This document shows positions 57,194-64,000 of a stretch of 64,000 nt of DNA, one piece after another. The translations under genes were made by a program, and so were the position numbers. Location: IMG/VR virus record IMGVR_UViG_3300044680_000280, positions 342,735-406,734 of that record; one strand, written 5' to 3'. Every line of letters begins with the position of its first letter. The first letter of the stretch is position 1. The notes under the pieces were generated by a model. The model was not told the DNA's origin, did no database searches, and worked only from the letters and a program-made list of their open reading frames with translations.

Positions 57194-57514
57194 TCAGTGG
57201 AGGGTGTTCAGGGCGGCATCCAAGCCGAATGTGAACGACACATGCCTAGATACGACTTGGGCGTGATCCGCTTCCGATTTACGGTAGAGCTCGGTCAACC
57301 TCTTCACGAGGGATTCTCGAAGATTCTCGGCCGCCTCCTCGAGAACAGTTCCGGAGCCCATCGCTGAAAGACCCCGAGCCGTGTCGGGTTCACACAAGAA
57401 GAGTTGGAGAGTCTTGTCCTGAAAGACCTTAGTCGTAATGGTAGGTTTCGAACCCGGGTACACGGTCTTATACGCCTCTATGGAGAGTCGAATGTTTTCT
57501 TCAGGGGACCGCAT
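57194..57514 (-). CDS. hypothetical protein
   Basis: operonic. Confidence 0.6.
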   Translation of the reverse strand: MRSPEENIRLSIEAYKTVYPGSKPTITTKVFQDKTLQLFLCEPDTARGLSAMGSGTVLEEAAENLRESLVKRLTELYRKSEADHAQVVSRHVSFTFGLDAALNTLH

Positions 57515-57848
57515 AGCCGCCAGCTCCTTGTATGAACTCTTGCATGGTCATTGATGCTCGTTCGTACTTCAACCAGACTTGTCCGAGGGGGTCCTCTGGG
57601 ACACACTTCTCAGACGGCAGTATTCTTACGAGGGACTCCTTTTTACGGAGCTGATTCATGATCAGAACAACTCCGTCAAGGCAGTTCACAACGAACGGTT
57701 GAAGTCCTTGCTTCCTTTTGTACACCGTTCTGTAGCTCGTCAGATCCAGCAGTGCGTAACCAACGATCTTTGCGCCCGGACCTAGGATCGGCAAGACGGC
57801 TCGGGGGCTTTTGCCTTTTTCCAAAACTTGTAGGAACGGGGTGGTCAT
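57501..57848 (-). CDS. hypothetical protein
   Basis: class I motif. Confidence 0.65.
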   Translation of the reverse strand: MTTPFLQVLEKGKSPRAVLPILGPGAKIVGYALLDLTSYRTVYKRKQGLQPFVVNCLDGVVLIMNQLRKKESLVRILPSEKCVPEDPLGQVWLKYERASMTMQEFIQGAGGYAVP

Positions 57849-57875
57849 AGCCTATTCCTACACCGGAGGCGCCCG

Positions 57876-58193
57876 CTAACTGGACGAAATCGTGAACGTA
57901 TCCTTCAACCCGTGATTGAACATGAGGAGCTGATACTCTCCCGCTTCACCGGGTTTCGTGTGCACGACGCATGAGTTGTTCCCGCCGTCGTCTCGAGAGA
58001 CGAACTTCTTGTCCGGACCGTAAAGGTAGCAGTCGATGTCTCCGCCCCCTTGTCCCGTCACTCTCAAGGTCCTGACGTCAGTCTCGACACCGGTGATGTG
58101 GACTCGCATCCACCCCTCAGACTTGATCTCGAAGGATGGGGCAACCCCGAGGGTAAGGGCCGAGAACAGTAGAGCGTGGATAAAGGGGTGCAT
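57876..58193 (-). CDS. secreted protein, PPC-like beta-sandwich
   Basis: signal peptide; GGGDIDCYLY..VSRDD..C..AGEYQLLMFN. Confidence 0.65.
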   Translation of the reverse strand: MHPFIHALLFSALTLGVAPSFEIKSEGWMRVHITGVETDVRTLRVTGQGGGDIDCYLYGPDKKFVSRDDGGNNSCVVHTKPGEAGEYQLLMFNHGLKDTFTISSS

Positions 58194-58195
58194 GT

Positions 58196-58627
58196 TCAGT
58201 TGGGCCTTTTCGATGGGGGAGCTTTGCAAGTCAAAACCGTGGCTCCGGGTTCACCGTTCTCCGTATCCTGAATGACCAGAACACGGACGTGATTGAGCTG
58301 GGGAGGCGTGGTCAACGCTTCGGTTGCCTTCACCATTGTTCTTTCGATGGCCGCTTTCGTGGCGGCGAGCGGAAGGACCATGATGTACGGAGCGCCGATG
58401 AGAGCCATGAGCTCGAGGTCCGCATTCGGCTTCGGGGCGGCGTCTTCTTCCCGTAGTGCCGCGCAATAGCTGGCCTTCACGAGGTGAACCCCGAACTCAT
58501 CGTTGGGGTCCACGACGATGATGATGTGTTTCGACGGGTCCCCATTCACTCGAGCGAATTGCTGTAGAGCTTGGGTCCTGATCCCTTCCCAGAGAGCGAC
58601 GCGAGGAGCTGATTCGGTGGTTGCCAT
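58196..58627 (-). CDS. hypothetical protein
   Basis: class I motif. Confidence 0.7.
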   Translation of the reverse strand: MATTESAPRVALWEGIRTQALQQFARVNGDPSKHIIIVVDPNDEFGVHLVKASYCAALREEDAAPKPNADLELMALIGAPYIMVLPLAATKAAIERTMVKATEALTTPPQLNHVRVLVIQDTENGEPGATVLTCKAPPSKRPN

Positions 58628-58652
58628 ACGTGTATTTCTACACCGATCGAAT

Positions 58653-58982
58653 TCACCGAATGCCAACTAAAATGGTCTCGGGAAGAACTTCGTTTGAACT
58701 TCGGATTTCCCAGTCACGGCACCCAACAGGTCTCACGCCTTCCCACGGTTCAGCACGGTCGTACACCTGCTGATATGTTTCGGAAATGGGGGGTGTGTCC
58801 GAAAAAGGGCGCTTGTCGTCGAGTCGATCCCAGAGCGCCTGCGCGGTCATTGCCCGTCGCAAACGAACCAGAGCCACCTGTGGTGTGCTCCCCTGGGACA
58901 TGATGTCGTATTCCATGAGACAGGCAACGATGATTCCTTCTTCGTTCAACAGTAGAACTCTCATGGCGCACCTTCTTTTCAT
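58653..58982 (-). CDS. HicB-like antitoxin-domain protein
   Basis: IVACLMEYDIMSQGSTPQVALVRLRRA. Confidence 0.55.
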   Translation of the reverse strand: MKRRCAMRVLLLNEEGIIVACLMEYDIMSQGSTPQVALVRLRRAMTAQALWDRLDDKRPFSDTPPISETYQQVYDRAEPWEGVRPVGCRDWEIRSSNEVLPETILVGIR

Positions 58983-59524
58983 AGTCGGCCGTTTTGGCGC
59001 AACCTACAACAGGCGGCACAATGGTGTATTATTTCCCCTTTCACTTCGAAGAGGTACACGGCATTTGGAGCTCCGCAATTGGTGCAGTTTCGCCCTGGAT
59101 TGCCGAGTCGAGGCGTTCGATCAGGTGGAAGGTCTCCCCGCAGCGTTGGACCCGTGTCGTAAGAATAGTTGGGTCGACCGAAGGCCGTCTGTTCTGTCCA
59201 CCTCGGCTTTGTGGGGATCCCGCACGAGTGAACCGGATCCCCGCCGTAGCATCCGTAACAGAGCGCGCGAGGCGGCGGCGTCACAAGGGCGGGCTCCTCG
59301 ATTTTGGCCGAGGCAACAGGTTCTGTCGTGTCTGTGAAAAAGTAGGACTTGGTAATTCGAGCGATTCGCCCTACAAACTTGAGATCGTCGAAGCCAGCCT
59401 CGTGCGCGATTGTGTCCGTCACCATCGTAACGGTAACCTGGGCGCTTTCGACCGTTATACAGTAGGCGTACCCCACCACGAGTCTTTGCTTTTCTGAGTA
59501 CCACCCAAATTTCGTGTTTTCCAT
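58979..59524 (-). CDS. Cys-rich hypothetical protein
   Basis: AGGA RBS; several CxxC. Confidence 0.6.
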   Translation of the reverse strand: MENTKFGWYSEKQRLVVGYAYCITVESAQVTVTMVTDTIAHEAGFDDLKFVGRIARITKSYFFTDTTEPVASAKIEEPALVTPPPRALCYGCYGGDPVHSCGIPTKPRWTEQTAFGRPNYSYDTGPTLRGDLPPDRTPRLGNPGRNCTNCGAPNAVYLFEVKGEIIHHCAACCRLRQNGRL

Positions 59525-59531
59525 GGTCCTA

Positions 59532-60014
59532 CTATCCCGGTAATACGCCAACGGTTGGATACTCGTACGGTCTCCAAAGGTTTCCGCATCCCTTTCGTTT
59601 ACCGTAATCCACGCAAAGGTGCGTCTTGTGCGGTCGAATTGCGAACTCCCCCTCGTCGACGTGTTGGAGTCCACACTTAGGACACCATAGCTCCATCGAC
59701 ACGGGGACGTCCTTACTCTGAGCCGCAATTTGCTTACGCTGGTACTCAGCCTCAAGAGAATTCAAATGCCCGGCCAAGGAGGAATGTTTGAGGCAGTGCG
59801 AAAGGGAAATTGGAGAAATGGTGGCTCCGCTCATTGGACGGGGACAGTCCGGATAGAAGCAACGCATCGCCCAACGATGCTTCAACCTCTTGACCTGATT
59901 CCTACGCGTGACGAGCTCGAGGAGGTAGGGGAGAGCATCTTTGAGCAGCAACCCCTCAGAGGCAAGCTCGCCCATCTCAATCAGATGCTTCAGACTCGAT
60001 TTGAATTCGGTCAT
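59532..60014 (-). CDS. zinc-binding phage protein (CPKCGLQHVD..PHKTHLC..CGNLW)
   Basis: ATGA coupling. Confidence 0.7.
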   Translation of the reverse strand: MTEFKSSLKHLIEMGELASEGLLLKDALPYLLELVTRRNQVKRLKHRWAMRCFYPDCPRPMSGATISPISLSHCLKHSSLAGHLNSLEAEYQRKQIAAQSKDVPVSMELWCPKCGLQHVDEGEFAIRPHKTHLCVDYGKRKGCGNLWRPYEYPTVGVLPG

Positions 60015-60259
60015 CGTGCCGTCCTCAAATACATCCAAGCCGCTCGACCCGTGGCATCCCTTTGATCGAACCAGGCATCTTTCCACGCATCCCGTTCTGC
60101 CTTCAGGTTGCTGACTTGACGACGTAAGCAAAACTCAACCGTGTGGGGTTCCGTCATCATCGCAATGTCGACCTTACAGTCCAGACAGATCAGCGGGCCC
60201 CCCGCAATGAGACACGGGTGCGGGTCGAATGTTCTTCCACAGTCGGGGCAAGGGTTCAC
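60011..60259 (-). CDS. small zinc-motif protein
   Basis: class I motif before GTG. Confidence 0.65.
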   Translation of the reverse strand: MNPCPDCGRTFDPHPCLIAGGPLICLDCKVDIAMMTEPHTVEFCLRRQVSNLKAERDAWKDAWFDQRDATGRAAWMYLRTAR

Positions 60260-60305
60260 GGATTATTGTTACACCGGAAGTCTCGAATTCGGTGTAACCT
60301 AATGC

Positions 60306-60512
60306 ATGGCTCAATTTTTCAACGCCGATTTCGAGAAGGGTCGGCTCTACAGCCTACGGGTTTCCCCGGTTCAATCGACCTCCTTCCGATGGTCAAACTC
60401 CAAGGAGTGCCGAGATTTCCCTGACGGAGGGCACACTTGCATCGTTTTGGCAGAGTCGTTTGATGAAGCCTACCGTGCGGTAAAACAGAAGCACGAGACT
60501 ACGGCGACGTAA
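60306..60512 (+). CDS. small hypothetical protein
   Basis: class I motif. Confidence 0.6.
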   Translation: MAQFFNADFEKGRLYSLRVSPVQSTSFRWSNSKECRDFPDGGHTCIVLAESFDEAYRAVKQKHETTAT

Positions 60513-61038
60513 CAGGGGTCGTCGTGAACTTGCACCCGCACGTGGACATCATGATGACCCCGGGCTTGAGCGGATGACCAACGTGCTCGTACTTTTGCTT
60601 ACACGTAGGGCAAGTGTCTAGCGGACGGTCCACGACCGTGACGTCTGGCCTCCTGGAGATTCCCTCGGTCGGACGGATGTCCTTGGCCATTCCGTCTAAT
60701 TGAGCCATGAGATCGGCTGGGAGGTAGCGGTACTCAAGGGGTATCCCGTTTTTCATATGAAGTTCGATCCCCATCTTCATGCCGCTTGAGATCCCCAGAT
60801 CTTCGTAGACAACAGCGGCCTCCCCACAGGCGCCCCAGATGAAACCGACCTGCATGCCGAGCTTTCGCTCCTCGGGCGACGCGTCATCGAGGAATTGAGT
60901 CATGAGGAGGTGACTCGCGTATGGGGCTTCTTTTCTTCGAAGGCAATCCACGGCACAAAGTCGAGCGTACTTGATGTTCTCCTCGAAGGTTCGGCCATTG
61001 GAAGGAGACAAGGGGGATTCAATGACGACTTTTCGCAT
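60499..61038 (-). CDS. nucleoside 2-deoxyribosyltransferase-fold protein (DUF4406/DUF7768-like)
   Basis: VVIESP..NIKYAR..EAPYASHLL.TQ.LDD..ER.LG..GISSGM..GI. Confidence 0.75.
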   Translation of the reverse strand: MRKVVIESPLSPSNGRTFEENIKYARLCAVDCLRRKEAPYASHLLMTQFLDDASPEERKLGMQVGFIWGACGEAAVVYEDLGISSGMKMGIELHMKNGIPLEYRYLPADLMAQLDGMAKDIRPTEGISRRPDVTVVDRPLDTCPTCKQKYEHVGHPLKPGVIMMSTCGCKFTTTPVTSP

Positions 61039-61090
61039 GGGAACCTCTTTCGAGGCTCCCCTACACCACGGACCGGTGTAAAGATGGGAA

Positions 61091-61510
61091 ATGGAACTCT
61101 CCTCTTCTGACCGCCGACTCTCCCTCTGGGAAAAGTACGGTCCGGGTACAGTAAAAAAGTTTCAACACATCCGTTCGGCCGAGACTCACGTCATCCTCAT
61201 GATCGACATTCGGTCTCCGGACGGCCCCGACATCATACGGTCTCTTTATACCATATCCGGAAGCAATACGGAGAGGCACGGTAAAGTCGAGGACAACGCG
61301 GAAGCGGAAATCGCTCGCCTGCAAAAGAGCGGGGAGCCGTTCATCATGGCTCTCGCGTTGGAACCCACGATCGCCATTTTCAAAAGCGTCAGGTCGAAGA
61401 TCGCCGAAGGACTCAGCGCCGAATTGACTCCGAACCATGTTCGAGCCGTCATTCTGGCAGAGAAGGGCGCTATCCTCGTTCAAGAACCCATCCGGGTCGG
61501 CACGAACTAG
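61091..61510 (+). CDS. hypothetical protein
   Basis: class I motif. Confidence 0.7.
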   Translation: MELSSSDRRLSLWEKYGPGTVKKFQHIRSAETHVILMIDIRSPDGPDIIRSLYTISGSNTERHGKVEDNAEAEIARLQKSGEPFIMALALEPTIAIFKSVRSKIAEGLSAELTPNHVRAVILAEKGAILVQEPIRVGTN

Positions 61511-61701
61511 AGGAGTTTTCCGGCCACGAGTCGCGGTTGGAAAATCGCCGCTCGAAAGGCCTCTCCTGGCGGGAGTTCGATGCGTCGGTACTCCCTTATA
61601 GGCCTCTTGTCCTCTCCAAATGTTCGTTTGATAAAGTCGGATTCGTCCTCTGCGGACACGACGAGAACCTCGTCCTCAGTGCAATATGCAACGACGCCCA
61701 T
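61507..61701 (-). CDS. small hypothetical protein
   Basis: GGAGG RBS. Confidence 0.5.
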   Translation of the reverse strand: MGVVAYCTEDEVLVVSAEDESDFIKRTFGEDKRPIREYRRIELPPGEAFRAAIFQPRLVAGKLL

Positions 61702-61758
61702 TCCTCCATCTTACCACTTTTCTTCTATCGGGGAAGGGTTCGGTGTAAAGAGGAGTCC

Positions 61759-62055
61759 ATGTCGAAACGCGCTGATGACCTTCTCATGCTCGAGGAAGTC
61801 CTGGATGATGACGAGCTGTCGGACGACGAACGAGAAATCTTCGAGAGTATGCTCGAGAGCCTCAATGAGACCACGACTCGCATTCTCTCGGAGAAACAAC
61901 GGAACATGCTTCTGAAGGTTCATGACCGATCCCACCCAGCGTACGCAAACCTGTACAGCTCGGGAAAGGTTCCGGAAGGAAATCCCGTTCCGACGCCGCC
62001 CGTTCTCCAGAACCTTCCCAAATTTCCCCCGGGACGGAAACCGAAATCGGTGTAG
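61759..62055 (+). CDS. hypothetical protein
   Basis: class I motif plus GAGGAG. Confidence 0.7.
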   Translation: MSKRADDLLMLEEVLDDDELSDDEREIFESMLESLNETTTRILSEKQRNMLLKVHDRSHPAYANLYSSGKVPEGNPVPTPPVLQNLPKFPPGRKPKSV

Positions 62056-62064
62056 ATAGAAACA

Positions 62065-62331
62065 ATGGCGACTCAAAGGCTGCTCACCGCCACAAAGCGT
62101 GAGGACACGACGCAAAGCTGGGAAGTCTTCCGCTTCGAGGGTCTCCGAAGAGATGTCATCGGCTGTGTATTCGCCTCGTCCGTGGAAGACGCACTTCGAA
62201 TCGCTCGTCGAAACTATCCCGATCACCGGGACTTGATCGTCAAACAGGACGAGGATCCCTATTTCTTGGGGGACGAGTCAATCACCAAAAATGAGGGAGA
62301 CTATGGACCAAGAACAGACCGAAGCAACTGA
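62065..62331 (+). CDS. hypothetical protein
   Basis: class I motif. Confidence 0.65.
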   Translation: MATQRLLTATKREDTTQSWEVFRFEGLRRDVIGCVFASSVEDALRIARRNYPDHRDLIVKQDEDPYFLGDESITKNEGDYGPRTDRSN

Positions 62332-62560
62332 AGCGGAATCGACTGAAGCCGTCTACGACACGAGGACCCACTTTGAGCGGCACCCGAACGATTCGCCAGC
62401 TCACTTAGGTATGATCCGAGTTCGTATCGACGGCGGGGACAGCACAACGAAGCGTGAGGACCGTCAGTACTTCTTCGTCAAAGCGGGATACGGAGAGAAG
62501 CAGAGAATCAAAGCTGCTCGGGCCTTCTTTGCATCAAAGATGGGACAAGACCTCGAGTAA
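62303..62560 (+). CDS. hypothetical protein
   Basis: GAGGGAG RBS. Confidence 0.6.
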   Translation: MDQEQTEATEAESTEAVYDTRTHFERHPNDSPAHLGMIRVRIDGGDSTTKREDRQYFFVKAGYGEKQRIKAARAFFASKMGQDLE

Positions 62561-62604
62561 GGATGAGCTGTTCAACGACTTTCTTTTTGTCGACCGTGTA
62601 GTCG

Positions 62605-62958
62605 ATGGCTTGGAAGTCGGATGAGAGAGAAGACTACGTCCAATCGCTCCTGACGGATGAGGTTCTCGAGGCCTACAACGAGGCGTCTGAGAAGTTCAAA
62701 ACGGGAGATCTCGTCATCCTATTCCGTGAGGAACAGATTTCGGTCTATCCGAGACAGAAGCTATTTGAGCATTTGAAGTCGGTTGAGGCTTCCATCCACC
62801 TCATTGACAAGCTCTCGGCGCCCGCCAGTGAGTCTTTGGTTCTCTTCCGAGGTTTGGGTATGCCCTCATTTTGGTTCGTCACAGACCTACCTAACTCGGA
62901 CGAGACGGTATGCTGCGCCATCGCAGCGGCGAGAACCCTGGGCGGGGGTCTATCCTAA
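62605..62958 (+). CDS. hypothetical protein
   Basis: 117 aa, operonic. Confidence 0.65.
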   Translation: MAWKSDEREDYVQSLLTDEVLEAYNEASEKFKTGDLVILFREEQISVYPRQKLFEHLKSVEASIHLIDKLSAPASESLVLFRGLGMPSFWFVTDLPNSDETVCCAIAAARTLGGGLS

Positions 62959-62978
62959 AATCGGTGTAATAACCGTTC

Positions 62979-63227
62979 ATGGCTAAGAAGTCGAAGCCTA
63001 AGAAGCTCAAGAAGGTCCCGAGGTCAACGAAAGAGTTCAGTGGGATCCGAGTCCAGCTCGATTTTACGATCTCGTTTGACTCGGATCAGAAGGTCAACTC
63101 TCTCCCCCACCTCGATGACGTCAACGATCTCATCTTGAACGGCATCGTGGCCAGCGCATTTTTTGCGGAAGGTAAAGAAGGCTACATCGAGCCGGGGGCC
63201 ATACTGAACATGCGACTCATAAAGTAG
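62979..63227 (+). CDS. hypothetical protein
   Basis: class I motif. Confidence 0.65.
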   Translation: MAKKSKPKKLKKVPRSTKEFSGIRVQLDFTISFDSDQKVNSLPHLDDVNDLILNGIVASAFFAEGKEGYIEPGAILNMRLIK

Positions 63228-63298
63228 GTCTTGAACTATCCGGACCTCCGTGTTGTACTACTTCAAAAGGGGTGCTCGGTACGCCGAGACCTAAAACC

Positions 63299-64000
63299 AT
63301 GCCGAAGTTCAGAGACATTCCGCAGTTTACCCGCAACGCCACGTACGCTGTAGATGTGAGCTGGCAGTATCTGCCCACTTTCTATGTCAATCACGTGACG
63401 GAGTATGGGCTGAATGTATCCCCGGACTTCCAACGTGGGTACGTGTGGACGCTATCCCAAAAAGTGCGTTTCATCGAGTACATTCTCCGGGGCGGCGCAA
63501 CAGGCAAGAATATCTACTGCAACAGCCCCAGTTGGAACACCCTTACGGACATGAAGGACTACGTGCTCGTTGACGGCAAGCAGCGCCTTGACGCCGTGCT
63601 CGGGTTCCTGTCTAACGAGTTCCCCATCTTCGGTGAAAATTACTGCCGGGACTACGAGGATACTCCGTCCATGCTTCGCTCATCGTTCCGCTGGCACGTT
63701 AACGACCTCCAGACGCGAGATGAAGTACTGACGTGGTACTGCGACCTCAACAGCGGGGGCACCATCCACTCCGAAGAGGAGCTTGATCGGGTCCGTGCTC
63801 TGAAGGGACAGCCGACGGAAATCATCACCTCAGAACAAATTCTCGAAAGCGCCAACTTGAACCGTGGCCCCCTCAAGGTGGCTTACATGAAAGCCCTCGA
63901 AGAGAAGAGCGAGATGGAAGCCGCGCGCACTCTCCAAGCATCGTTGCCCCAGTCTCCATCCAAAGTCAAACGTGGGAAAGGGAAACATGGTGTGCGCTAA
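63299..64000 (+). CDS. DUF262 (ParB-like/GmrSD N-terminal) domain protein
   Basis: PDFQRGYVW, LVDGKQRL, LNSGG; class II promoter. Confidence 0.85.
   Translation: MPKFRDIPQFTRNATYAVDVSWQYLPTFYVNHVTEYGLNVSPDFQRGYVWTLSQKVRFIEYILRGGATGKNIYCNSPSWNTLTDMKDYVLVDGKQRLDAVLGFLSNEFPIFGENYCRDYEDTPSMLRSSFRWHVNDLQTRDEVLTWYCDLNSGGTIHSEEELDRVRALKGQPTEIITSEQILESANLNRGPLKVAYMKALEEKSEMEAARTLQASLPQSPSKVKRGKGKHGVR

Noticed and set aside
1-64000. CRISPR array, rRNA, tRNA or IS transposase
   Set aside because: No regularly spaced repeats, cloverleafs or transposase motifs seen by eye; a tRNAscan/CRISPR-finder run would be definitive.
1-64000. Stop-codon reassignment as the cause of the many short ORFs
   Set aside because: Recognisable genes are full length under the standard code, and TAA, TAG and TGA all end well-supported genes.

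Overview
Gene-dense window (GC roughly 55-60% by eye, standard genetic code) with about 130 mostly short, strand-switching ORFs of unknown function. It has no ribosomal or housekeeping operons, tRNAs or CRISPR array. This best fits the accessory region of a large (jumbo-type) bacteriophage; that is an inference, since no structural or replication core genes lie in the window. Recognisable genes: pyrF, pyrE, iscU, nadA, a hexapeptide O-acetyltransferase, a GNAT, an AAA+ ATPase, a DPPY-type DNA methyltransferase, an MmcB-like nuclease, a Xer-type tyrosine recombinase, and EVE, ASCH, J-domain, sigma-region-4, DUF262, DUF5397, DUF2283 and HEPN-like proteins, plus a broken GIY-YIG gene. The most striking hidden structure: (1) about 60 copies of YGGTGTA 9-11 nt upstream of start codons, a probable phage promoter giving leaderless mRNAs, plus a second TTGAAC-N17/18-GTACT class; (2) a short peptide tag ([RK]x[ST]x[WYF][EDQS][HRQ][ILM]..[ED]) on at least 9 unrelated proteins, mostly at the C-terminus; (3) a portable C-terminal zinc-ribbon cassette on 3 unrelated proteins; (4) several highly structured non-coding RNA candidates; (5) a two-gene pair resembling a minimal ubiquitin-like (C-terminal GG) conjugation module. 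Family names come from motif recognition by eye, not database searches, and many start codons were reassigned using the promoter motifs.
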